A DNA stretch of 54,324 nucleotides, from contig JAKPXU010000109.1 of assembly GCA_029571905.1 (NCBI GenBank), positions 1-54,324 on the forward strand, given 5' to 3'. Each line of letters begins with the position of its first letter. Within the stretch, counting starts at the first letter, position 1. A model generated the notes under the pieces. It was given only the letters and a program-made list of their open reading frames with translations. It did no database searches and was not told the DNA's origin. The position numbers were made by a program, and so were the translations under genes. Positions 21,404 through 29,936 of this stretch are shown piece by piece. This DNA is from Acidobacteriota bacterium (GTDB lineage Bacteria > Acidobacteriota > Aminicenantia > Aminicenantales > Saccharicenantaceae).

Positions 21404-21619
21404 ATGGAAAAAGAGTTCACTTCAGTTTCGATCCCAACATCCCTTTATAAAAAAATTGAAGAAAAGATAAAGGGTACCGAAATTAGCTCAGTTTCGAGCT
21501 ATGTAGCTAAAATCCTAAGAGAAAGCCTGGCCAGAGAAGAAGACAACAAAGAGGTTTTTACACCGGAAGAAGAAGAAAAAATCAAGGAAAGGCTAAAGGC
21601 TCTCGGCTATATTGATTGA
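21404..21619 (+). CDS. small CopG/ribbon-helix-helix family protein (putative regulator)
   Basis: 71 aa. The N-terminal beta-strand/helix pattern (VSIPTSLYKKIEEKI...SSYVAKILRESL) is typical of RHH DNA binders, followed by an acidic tail. Confidence 0.55.
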   Translation: MEKEFTSVSIPTSLYKKIEEKIKGTEISSVSSYVAKILRESLAREEDNKEVFTPEEEEKIKERLKALGYID

Positions 21620-21663
21620 ACAGCCAGGACCAGATTATCAGCCCTGCTTAAAAGGAGAAAACA

Positions 21664-22812
21664 ATGATCACACCACACGGGGGAAAGCTCATCAATCGCC
21701 TCCTGAAGGAAGATGAAAGACAGAAGGTACTGGAGGAGATAAACGACCTGCCCTCTCTAACTCTTGATCCAGATCTCATTTCGGATGTGGAAAATATCGC
21801 TACGGGAGTTTATTCGCCTCTGGCCGGTTTTATGAACCAGTCCGATTTAGCCAGTGTTCTGAATAATATGAGGCTGGCTGATGATCTGCCCTGGACTATA
21901 CCTATCGTTCTGGATGTTGACCGCAATGCCGCTGACCGGCTGAAAATCGGTGAAAAGGTAGCTCTGCGGGCAGAAGACGGGCAGCCAGTAGCGGTGCTCA
22001 ATATTGAGGACAAATATACTTATGATAAAGAGCAATTCGCTTTGAGTGTTTATGGCACGACTGACCTCAAACATCCAGGGGTTGCCAGGCTGTCGGCTAT
22101 GAAAGAATTCTTGCTGGGTGGCAAGCTGGAAGTGGTCAATCTGTTGCCCACTCCCTTTGACTGCTATCGTCTAACACCCAGGGAGACCAGGTTTCTTTTC
22201 CAGGAAAAAGGCTGGAAAACAGTCGTTGGCTTTCAGACCAGAAATACACCCCACCTTGGCCATGAATATGTTCAAAAGACAGCTTTGACCTTTACCGATG
22301 GCCTGTTTATTAATCCGGTCATTGGCCGAAAGAAAAAGGGTGATTTTAAAGATGAGGTCATTCTGGCTGCCTATGAAGAGCTTATCAAGAACTATTATCT
22401 TAAAGATCGGGCGGTCATGGCCATCCTGAAAATGGAAATGCGTTATGCCGGGCCACGTGAGGCTATTCATCACGCCATTATCAGAAAGAATTTTGGCTGC
22501 ACTCATATAATCATCGGGCGTGATCATGCCGGGGTTGGAAATTATTATCCTCCCTATGCAGCTCAGGAAATTTTTGAGCGGTTTCCAGATCTGGGCATTG
22601 TTCCTCTTTTCTTTACCTCTTTCTTTTTCTGCCGCCAATGCCAGTCAGTAGAAAATGAAAAAACCTGTCCCCACGACCGGTCTGAACATGTGGAGTTCTC
22701 TGGAACTAAAATCAGAGAAATGCTGGTCAAAGGGGAAGTGCCACCGCCAGAGTTAATGCGGCCGGAAGTGGCCAGGGTAATATTGTCCTTTGAACAGCCA
22801 TTTAATGATTGA
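21664..22812 (+). CDS. sat: sulfate adenylyltransferase (homo-oligomeric ATP sulfurylase)
   Basis: QTRNTPHLGHE and GRDHAGVG motifs. The Cys/His cluster CRQCQSVENEKTCPH near the C-terminus is reminiscent of zinc-binding ATP sulfurylases. Confidence 0.95.
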   Translation: MITPHGGKLINRLLKEDERQKVLEEINDLPSLTLDPDLISDVENIATGVYSPLAGFMNQSDLASVLNNMRLADDLPWTIPIVLDVDRNAADRLKIGEKVALRAEDGQPVAVLNIEDKYTYDKEQFALSVYGTTDLKHPGVARLSAMKEFLLGGKLEVVNLLPTPFDCYRLTPRETRFLFQEKGWKTVVGFQTRNTPHLGHEYVQKTALTFTDGLFINPVIGRKKKGDFKDEVILAAYEELIKNYYLKDRAVMAILKMEMRYAGPREAIHHAIIRKNFGCTHIIIGRDHAGVGNYYPPYAAQEIFERFPDLGIVPLFFTSFFFCRQCQSVENEKTCPHDRSEHVEFSGTKIREMLVKGEVPPPELMRPEVARVILSFEQPFND

Positions 22813-22843
22813 TTGAGGATTAAGACCAGTTAGGTAATGAAAG

Positions 22844-24226
22844 GTGCCTGAATTGAAAGACAAAAGACTTCTAATTATTGGTCTCGATTGTGCTCCGCCT
22901 TCTTTGATCTTTGACCGAGCCGAGCAGCTGCCTCATCTCCAGCAACTTATGACCCATGGAATTTATGGTCCGCTGCGCAGTTGCGATCCACCGATTACCA
23001 TTCCAGCCTGGATGGTCATGGCCACCGGTCGGGATCCAGGCGAGCTCGGTCTATATGGCTTCCGGCATAGAAAGAGTTACGAGTATAACAAGATGTGGAT
23101 TGCCAACTCAACGGCGGTCAGAGAGAAGACCGTCTGGGATTATTTGGGCGAACTGGGCAAAAAGAGCATTCTGGTCGGTGTTCCTCCCAGTTACCCGCCG
23201 AAGCCAGTCAAGGGCGAGCTTATATCCTGTTTTATAACGCCTTCGAATGAAAAATCATATACCTATCCGGAAGAGCTCAGAAAAGAAATAGAAGAGAAAT
23301 TTGGCCCCTTTCTTTTTGATGTGGTTTTCCGAACAGAGGATCGCTCTGAAGTCTTAAAAGAAATTTACCGGATGACTGAAAATCATTTTCGGGTGGTTGA
23401 TTATCTTCTTGATCGCCAGGACTGGTCTTTGTTCTGGCTGGTGGAGATAGGGGTCGATCGTATGCACCATGCTTTCTGGAAGTTTATGGATAAAAACCAT
23501 CACCTCTACCAACCTGGAAATCCTTTTGAATCGGCTATCTATGATTATTATCAATTTCTTGATGAAAAAATCGGACAGCTCCTGAAGAAAATAGATCAGC
23601 GTACAGCTGTCCTGGTCGTTTCTGATCACGGTGCAAAGGGAATGAAAGGTGCTTTCTGTGTCAATGATTGGCTGATTGGGCAGGGCGATCTGGTAATTAG
23701 CGAACCGCCAGCCCGCGGCCAGAGCATTGATCATCTTAATATTGACTGGAAGCGGACCAGGGCCTGGGGCTGGGGTGGTTACTATGCCCGCATTTTCTTA
23801 AATGTCGAGGGCCGGGAACCGCAGGGAATTATTCATCCAGACGATTATGAGTCGGCGCGAGATGAACTGGCTGCCCGCCTCAAAGCCATCAGGGGACCAA
23901 AAGGTGAAGTGTGGAACACGGTGGTTATCAAGCCTCAGGAACATTATCCGGTGGTTAACGGTGATTATCCTGACCTGATGGTCTATTTTGATGACTTATA
24001 TTGGCGCTCGGCCGGCACGCTGGGCTATGGCAGTCTTTATCTTGAGGAAAACGATACCGGGCCGGATGATGCTGTTCATGATTATAATGGAATTTATATT
24101 CTTTATGATCCCGATTCTCCAGGTGAGAAGAAGAGGCCAGCCAATATTCTTGATATAGCTCCAACTGTTCTTAAGGTCCTTGGGGGACCGATTGTACCTG
24201 ATTTAAAAGGGAAAGTTATAAGCTGA
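22844..24226 (+). CDS. alkaline-phosphatase-superfamily enzyme, nucleotide pyrophosphatase/phosphodiesterase (NPP)-like
   Basis: Metal and nucleophile motifs typical of NPP-type AP-superfamily proteins: IIGLDCAPP, PPITIPAW (Thr nucleophile context), GVDRMHH, VVSDHGAKGM. GTG start. Confidence 0.7.
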   Translation: MPELKDKRLLIIGLDCAPPSLIFDRAEQLPHLQQLMTHGIYGPLRSCDPPITIPAWMVMATGRDPGELGLYGFRHRKSYEYNKMWIANSTAVREKTVWDYLGELGKKSILVGVPPSYPPKPVKGELISCFITPSNEKSYTYPEELRKEIEEKFGPFLFDVVFRTEDRSEVLKEIYRMTENHFRVVDYLLDRQDWSLFWLVEIGVDRMHHAFWKFMDKNHHLYQPGNPFESAIYDYYQFLDEKIGQLLKKIDQRTAVLVVSDHGAKGMKGAFCVNDWLIGQGDLVISEPPARGQSIDHLNIDWKRTRAWGWGGYYARIFLNVEGREPQGIIHPDDYESARDELAARLKAIRGPKGEVWNTVVIKPQEHYPVVNGDYPDLMVYFDDLYWRSAGTLGYGSLYLEENDTGPDDAVHDYNGIYILYDPDSPGEKKRPANILDIAPTVLKVLGGPIVPDLKGKVIS

Positions 24227-24336
24227 TTGTAACTTCTGGACGGGAGCTGGCGCTGGGTTTAATCTGCCGGCTTCAGAGATGAAAAACAGTATATCAAAAT
24301 TGGTTTAGGATAAAAAAACAAAAAAGGAGCAGTTTT

Positions 24337-24882
24337 ATGTGTCAGGAACAAAAAGGATTTACCCTGTGGTTTACCGGCCTGCCCTGTTCGGGGAAGACGG
24401 CAATTGCTGACCGGTTAGCCCAGGTTCTCAAAGAAAGAGGTTTAAAAGTTGAGCGACTGGACGGAGATGTGGTTCGTCAGAGTCTATGTCGCGATCTTGG
24501 CTTCTCCCGCCACGATAGAGATGAAAATATTCGCCGGGTGACTTTTGTGGCCAAGCTGCTGACCAGAAATGGCGTGGCCGTCCTGACTTCTTTTATTTCG
24601 CCTTACCGGGAGATAAGAGATGAAGCCAGGCGCGAAATAGGGGACTTCATTGAAGTCTATGTGAAATGCCCCCTGGAAGTCTGCATGGCCAGAGATGTCA
24701 AGGGAATGTACCAGAAAGCCATCAGAGGAGAGATTAAGGAGTTTACCGGTATCTCAGATCCCTATGAAGAGCCACTTCAGCCGGAACTGATTTTAGAAAC
24801 AGACAGGGAAACCATTGAAGAAAGTATTAGCAAGGTCCTTAATTATCTTCGCCAGACAGGCTATCTGGAAGATAATACTTGA
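24337..24882 (+). CDS. cysC: adenylylsulfate (APS) kinase
   Basis: P-loop GLPCSGKT, LDGDVVR and FISPYREIR motifs. SD AAGGAG lies upstream. Confidence 0.95.
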   Translation: MCQEQKGFTLWFTGLPCSGKTAIADRLAQVLKERGLKVERLDGDVVRQSLCRDLGFSRHDRDENIRRVTFVAKLLTRNGVAVLTSFISPYREIRDEARREIGDFIEVYVKCPLEVCMARDVKGMYQKAIRGEIKEFTGISDPYEEPLQPELILETDRETIEESISKVLNYLRQTGYLEDNT

Positions 24883-24899
24883 GCCTGAAAATAGAGAAA

Positions 24900-25847
24900 A
24901 TGCCAGAGTATAAAAAATATTTAGTGACAGGCGGCGCTGGTTTTATAGGCTCGCACCTGGTGGAGGAACTGGTCAGGCGCCAGTACCAGGTCAGAGTTCT
25001 TGATGATTTTTCGAGCGGTAAAGAAGGAAATCTGGCCCCTTTCAGTTCAAAAATAGAAATTATTCGGGGTGATATCAGGGATAGGGAAACCTGTCGGCAA
25101 GCAGCTGGTGGAATGGAGGTAATTCTTCATGAGGCAGCGCTGGCTTCTGTGCCCCGGTCGATCTCCGAGCCTTTTTTGGCTCATGAAATAAATTTAACAG
25201 GTACGCTAAATTTGCTGCAAGCGGCAGTCGAAGCCGGGGCCAAAAGCTTTGTCTTCGCTTCTTCTTCAGCTGTCTACGGCGATGATCAGGTCTTTCCCAA
25301 GCAAGAGGGGAGCGAAGGCAGGCCTCTCTCTCCCTATGCTGCCCAGAAGCTGGCTTCTGAAAAATACTGTCAGGTCATGAGTCTGCTTCATGATTTTAAC
25401 GCTGTTTCTCTGCGTTATTTTAATGTCTTTGGCCCTCGCCAGGATCCAAATTCTCAATATGCAGCCGTCATTCCTATTTTTATCAAGCGCCTGCTGGCCG
25501 GACAGCCACCGGTCATTTATGGTGATGGTTGGCAGACTCGAGACTTTATCTATGTTGGCAATGTGGTCAAAGCTAACCTGCTGGCCGCTCAGGCTGAGTG
25601 TTTCCGTGGAGAGGTGTTTAATATCGGGTCCTCAGAAAAGATTAACATCAACGATCTGGTCAGGGAGATTGCCAGCTGCCTGGGAGCATCGGCCAAACCA
25701 GAATATGCGCCGCCCCGCTCTGGTGATATCAGGAATTCCTACGCCAGCCTGGAAAAAGCCAGAAAACTCCTCGGCTTTGAGCCTGAAATTGATTTCAGAC
25801 AGGGTTTGAGCTTGACTGTTGACTGGTATAAAAAGCAAATCGGATAA
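24900..25847 (+). CDS. NAD-dependent nucleotide-sugar 4-epimerase (WbpP/TviC-like SDR)
   Basis: GGAGFIGSH, SSSAVYGD, YAAQK (YxxxK), LRYFNVFGPRQDP and RDFIYVGNVV closely follow the UDP-GlcNAc(A) 4-epimerase pattern. Start set at the ATG (MPEYKK). Confidence 0.85.
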   Translation: MPEYKKYLVTGGAGFIGSHLVEELVRRQYQVRVLDDFSSGKEGNLAPFSSKIEIIRGDIRDRETCRQAAGGMEVILHEAALASVPRSISEPFLAHEINLTGTLNLLQAAVEAGAKSFVFASSSAVYGDDQVFPKQEGSEGRPLSPYAAQKLASEKYCQVMSLLHDFNAVSLRYFNVFGPRQDPNSQYAAVIPIFIKRLLAGQPPVIYGDGWQTRDFIYVGNVVKANLLAAQAECFRGEVFNIGSSEKININDLVREIASCLGASAKPEYAPPRSGDIRNSYASLEKARKLLGFEPEIDFRQGLSLTVDWYKKQIG

Positions 25848-25870
25848 TACTGATTAAAAGACTATTGGTT

Positions 25871-26857
25871 TCAGCAAATTCTGGGGAGAAGCTCTGAAGT
25901 CAGAGGTTCCAGCAGGCGTAATCCACCGGTCAGGGTTTCGAGTAGAGCTTCGCCCGGCCGGCCAATCTTATCCTCAACCTCACCGATAATGGCAGCCTTT
26001 TTTCCCTCGGGGTGGGACCTGAGTTTCTTTAGAATTTCATCTGCTTTTCTGGCAGGAACGACCAGTAAAGCCCGGCCTTCACAGGCTAGATAAAGAGGAT
26101 CAATGCCCAGAATTTCCACCGTTCCCTGCAGCCTGGTTGAATAGGGGATTTTTGCTTCTTCTACCAGCAGCGGGAGTGATATCGTCTGGGCCAGTTCAGC
26201 CAGAACAGTGGCCAGCCCACCTCGGGTAATATCCCTCATCCACAATACACCTTCCCGCCAGAAGGGAAGAAGAAAAAGAAGAGGGGCACAATCACTTTTA
26301 ACCCCGGCTTTCAATGGAAATTTATTTCTGCTCAACAGGATGGCCAGCCCGTGCTCTCCAACCTGGCCGGTGACCAGAATTTTGTCGCCAGGTCTTATTT
26401 TAGCTGGCTGCGGCCTGCCCAGCAGCCGCCCGACTCCAGCAGTGTTAATATAAATTTCGCCCCCCTGCCCCTGAGGCACAACCTTGGTATCGCCGGTCAC
26501 AATTTCAACTGAAGTGGCCCTGGCCGTTTTCTTTATGGACTCCAGTATTTTTTCCAGCTCTTCCAGCTCGAAACCCTCTTCTATGATCAGAGCCAGAGAT
26601 AAATAGGCCGGCCTGGCTCCTGAGACCACAAGATCATTAACTGTGCCGTTAATACAGAGGGTTCCAATATTCCCTCCGGGGAAAAATAGCGGGTCAACTG
26701 TGTAGGAATCAGTGGTCAGGGCAATGCCCCACGGAAGATGAGCAGCATCATGAAGTTCGCCTAAAATCGGATTCTTAAAACGCGGCACAATTCTGCTGGC
26801 GATGAAGTCCCTCATCAGTCGGCCGCCGCTGCCCATTTCGAGGCTGATTTTAGTCAT
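25871..26857 (-). CDS. hypE: [NiFe]-hydrogenase maturation protein HypE
   Basis: AIR-synthase-like fold and the diagnostic C-terminal PRIC. Confidence 0.9.
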   Translation of the reverse strand: MTKISLEMGSGGRLMRDFIASRIVPRFKNPILGELHDAAHLPWGIALTTDSYTVDPLFFPGGNIGTLCINGTVNDLVVSGARPAYLSLALIIEEGFELEELEKILESIKKTARATSVEIVTGDTKVVPQGQGGEIYINTAGVGRLLGRPQPAKIRPGDKILVTGQVGEHGLAILLSRNKFPLKAGVKSDCAPLLFLLPFWREGVLWMRDITRGGLATVLAELAQTISLPLLVEEAKIPYSTRLQGTVEILGIDPLYLACEGRALLVVPARKADEILKKLRSHPEGKKAAIIGEVEDKIGRPGEALLETLTGGLRLLEPLTSELLPRIC

Positions 26858-27992
26858 AGCTCTTTACTCCAGAAAACTTGTATTCTATGAGACAGGCTCC
26901 TTCATAGGAAACCATACATGGTCCTTGAGGGCTATCTGGCCGACACTGCCGGCCAAACAGAGGACAGTCAGTGGGGGCAATCAGCCCCTTGAGCACCTCT
27001 CCACAGCGGCAGGCTGTTTTTCGTGCGCTCGAGCCTGACCCCAGTTTAAGTGAAAATCTCCTGACCGCATCGAAACTAGAGTATTCAGGTCTTAATTTAA
27101 GCCCGCTATCAGGGATGGGCCCCAGTCCCCGCCAGTCAGCAGCTGTCTTTATGAGATATCTTTCCATGATGGCCTGAGCCTCGACATTGCCTTCCGGCTT
27201 AACCACTCGCCGGTATTCGTTGGCTACCAGAGGCTGCCCGCTTCTTATCTGCTTAACGACGGAAAGAATGCCAAGAAGAATATCTGCCGGCTCAAAACCG
27301 GCAATAGCCCCGGGCAGGTGATATGTTTCTGCGACCAAAGCATAAGGCTTTTCACCAATGATAGCACTGACATGTCCAGGATAGATAAAGCCGTTTATAG
27401 CCAGTTCTCCTCCTTCAATGATGGCTTTCAAGGCGGGCGGAATGAGCCAGAAGGCGGTTAGTAGACAATAATTTTTTAGTTTTTCTTCAGCCGCTTTTTT
27501 GACCGTAAAAGTTATGCCAGGAATGGTGGTTTCGAAGCCAGCCCCGAAAAAGATTACCTGTTTTTCTGGCTGATTATGGGCTTCAGCCACCGCTTCCTCC
27601 GGAGAATAGACTATTTTTAGTCTGGAGCCAGGCGCTGGAACGACTGTCTGTAAAGAGCCTTTTCTGGTCGGTACTCTGGTCATATCACCAAAGGTACAGA
27701 CCAGAATATCACCCCGTCCGACCAGAAGGTCAATTATTGCCTCATGATAGTAATCGGGAGTTATGCAGACCGGACAGCCCGGCCCTGAAATCATGTCAAT
27801 CCCGACCTGGCGCAAGCGCGGTTTCAAGCCTGAGCGATGGAGCGTCATCGTATGAGTGCCGCAGACTTCCATCAACTTCAAGGGAGTGGGGAGATTTCTG
27901 GTTTCAGCCTCGATGGCCTTCAGCAGTCGGTCGGCAGTCTCCTTAGTTCTCCAGTTAGAAAAAGGCAGGTGAATTGTAGCTGGCGGGGACAT
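26850..27992 (-). CDS. hypD: [NiFe]-hydrogenase maturation protein HypD
   Basis: MEVCGTHT and GPGCPVC motifs, plus the C-terminal Cys cluster. There is an 8-nt overlap with hypE. Confidence 0.9.
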   Translation of the reverse strand: MSPPATIHLPFSNWRTKETADRLLKAIEAETRNLPTPLKLMEVCGTHTMTLHRSGLKPRLRQVGIDMISGPGCPVCITPDYYHEAIIDLLVGRGDILVCTFGDMTRVPTRKGSLQTVVPAPGSRLKIVYSPEEAVAEAHNQPEKQVIFFGAGFETTIPGITFTVKKAAEEKLKNYCLLTAFWLIPPALKAIIEGGELAINGFIYPGHVSAIIGEKPYALVAETYHLPGAIAGFEPADILLGILSVVKQIRSGQPLVANEYRRVVKPEGNVEAQAIMERYLIKTAADWRGLGPIPDSGLKLRPEYSSFDAVRRFSLKLGSGSSARKTACRCGEVLKGLIAPTDCPLFGRQCRPDSPQGPCMVSYEGACLIEYKFSGVKSYD

Positions 27993-28002
27993 AGCTATCG
28001 TC

Positions 28003-28224
28003 CTAAGATTGTTTTTCCAATTCTTGAAAAAGTTTTAGCGTCCGGCGGGCTTCTTTTTGATCGAGCCTGGAAATAGCAAAGCCAGCGTGAACTATGACCC
28101 AATCGCCAACTTTGATATCAGGTAAAAGCGAGAAATTGGCCAGGACCTGACTGCCTAAATAATCGACCTGGCCTGTTCCATTGTCATTCAGGCTGATAAC
28201 TTTCCCGGGAATGGCCAAACACAT
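28003..28224 (-). CDS. hypC: [NiFe]-hydrogenase maturation chaperone HypC
   Basis: N-terminal MCLAIPGKV with the essential Cys2; 73 aa. Confidence 0.9.
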   Translation of the reverse strand: MCLAIPGKVISLNDNGTGQVDYLGSQVLANFSLLPDIKVGDWVIVHAGFAISRLDQKEARRTLKLFQELEKQS

Positions 28225-28286
28225 TTCATCCTCTTTTTGAAAATACTACCATAGACCTGCCATCCTGTCTATAAAGGAGGCCTTCT

Positions 28287-28315
28287 TTGACAAATTTCCT
28301 CTGGCTACTTATAAT
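28287..28315 (+). promoter_or_regulatory. consensus sigma70 promoter upstream of uppS
   Basis: Perfect TTGACA (28287-28292), 17-nt spacer, perfect TATAAT (28310-28315). The ATG at 28323 is only 7 nt downstream of the -10 element. Confidence 0.55.
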
Positions 28316-28322
28316 GATTGGC

Positions 28323-29105
28323 ATGCTTGATAGTCTTAAAAACTATATCCAGCCAGGCAGTCTGGAGGAAGAATTGGTGGATCGGATAGATTTCTCCTGT
28401 CTGCCTGTTCATATAGCGATTATTATGGACGGTAATGGGCGCTGGGCCCTCAAAAGAAATTTACCAAGGACAGAGGGTCACCGGGCAGCCAGAGAAGCTG
28501 TCCAGGAAACAGTCGAAGCTTCTGCCCGCCTGGGTATAAAATGTCTTACCCTTTATGCCTTTTCTCAGGAGAACTGGAAAAGGCCGGCCGACGAGGTTAC
28601 AACTCTGTGGACATTACTGGCAGAAAATCTCAGGCAGGAAGAAAAAACCCTGATTGATAAGGATTTAAAGCTAAAGGTCATCGGGGAAAAGAAGGGTATC
28701 CCCCTTTTTGTCCGCCGGGAACTTAACCGCCTGGAAAAATTGACCAGAGATAATAGCCGGATGGTGCTGGTCGTTGCCCTTAATTATGGCGGAAGGCAGG
28801 AAATTCTAAAGGCCTGTCAAGAGCTAATTAAAAAGAACATCAGTCCGGACAGACTGAATGAAAAAACCTTTTCGCGCTATCTGGATACAGCTGATCTGCC
28901 TGACCCTGATCTTCTGATCAGAACCAGCGGCGAGATGAGACTATCCAATTTCCTGCTCTGGCAGTGTGCCTATACGGAATTCTGGGTTACGCCTGTTCTC
29001 TGGCCTGATTTCCGGAAAAAGGATCTGCTGGAGGCCATTATTGATTATCAGAAAAGGGAAAGAAGATTTGGTGGCCTCGGCCAGAAAGAAGATCAGTTGA
29101 CATGA
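28323..29105 (+). CDS. uppS: isoprenyl transferase (undecaprenyl-diphosphate synthase)
   Basis: IIMDGNGRWA, YAFSQENWKRP and IRTSGEMRLSNFLLWQ motifs. The alternative start is a TTG at 28287 with an upstream AAGGAGG (see findings). Confidence 0.9.
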   Translation: MLDSLKNYIQPGSLEEELVDRIDFSCLPVHIAIIMDGNGRWALKRNLPRTEGHRAAREAVQETVEASARLGIKCLTLYAFSQENWKRPADEVTTLWTLLAENLRQEEKTLIDKDLKLKVIGEKKGIPLFVRRELNRLEKLTRDNSRMVLVVALNYGGRQEILKACQELIKKNISPDRLNEKTFSRYLDTADLPDPDLLIRTSGEMRLSNFLLWQCAYTEFWVTPVLWPDFRKKDLLEAIIDYQKRERRFGGLGQKEDQLT

Positions 29106-29911
29106 GCTTAGCCGAAAGAACCAAATCAGCCTTAATATTAATAGTCGTTCTGTTTTTAATCATACAGTTCACCCCGCCCTGGATATTTTTCCTGCTCGTC
29201 CAGGCGATTATCATCGGGGGGCTACTGGAATTCTATAACTTAAGCAACCGGCGTAAGTTCTATCCGAAAAAATTGCTGGGCTGCTTGTTTGCTTTGATCA
29301 TTGGAGCTACCTTTTATTTTGACTGGTTTCCTTTTTTACTGGGCTTCACCCTTATCACCATTATTGCCTTTGTCTATTTTGTGATTGACACCAACAGCCT
29401 GGAAAAGCTGGCCCTTTTTCCTGGTTCCTTCAGTGTCACCGTCTCGGGAGTCATCTACGTCAGTCTGACCATAAACTTTTTTTACTGGATAAGACGGGAT
29501 TTTGGCCTGCTCTGGCTCTACCTGTTGTTTGCTGTTGTCTTTCTTGGCGATACTGGAGCTTTTTTGATTGGTAAGCGTTTTGGCCGGCATAAAATGACTC
29601 CAATCGCCAGTCCCAATAAGACCTGGGAAGGAGCTATCGGCGGAATTATCTGGGCGGTAGCCGGGGGCTGGTTGGCCAGAACTATTCTTTTACCCCGTTT
29701 TCCTGCTTTAGAAGTGATGGCTTTAAGTGCGTTGGTCCATGCTGGTGCCCAGGTGGCTGATCCCTTAGAGTCTCTTTTTAAAAGGGCAGCCGGTGTCAAA
29801 GATTCGTCCAATCTGATTCCCGGGCATGGCGGAATTCTGGACAGGATTGATAGCTTTACTCTGGCCTGCCCGCTTTTTTATTATCTGATGAAACTTTTAA
29901 TTATCAAATAA
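29102..29911 (+). CDS. cdsA: phosphatidate cytidylyltransferase
   Basis: Polytopic membrane protein with the signature SLFKRAAGVKDSSNLIPGHGGILDRIDS. ATGA overlap with uppS. Confidence 0.9.
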   Translation: MSLAERTKSALILIVVLFLIIQFTPPWIFFLLVQAIIIGGLLEFYNLSNRRKFYPKKLLGCLFALIIGATFYFDWFPFLLGFTLITIIAFVYFVIDTNSLEKLALFPGSFSVTVSGVIYVSLTINFFYWIRRDFGLLWLYLLFAVVFLGDTGAFLIGKRFGRHKMTPIASPNKTWEGAIGGIIWAVAGGWLARTILLPRFPALEVMALSALVHAGAQVADPLESLFKRAAGVKDSSNLIPGHGGILDRIDSFTLACPLFYYLMKLLIIK

Positions 29912-29936
29912 GAGTTTGATAATCTGCAAATCGAAG

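Noticed and set aside
21404-21619. RHH protein as the antitoxin of a toxin-antitoxin pair.
   Set aside because: No small toxin-like ORF is adjacent. The next gene is sat, 45 nt downstream in the same transcription unit, so a regulatory role is more plausible.
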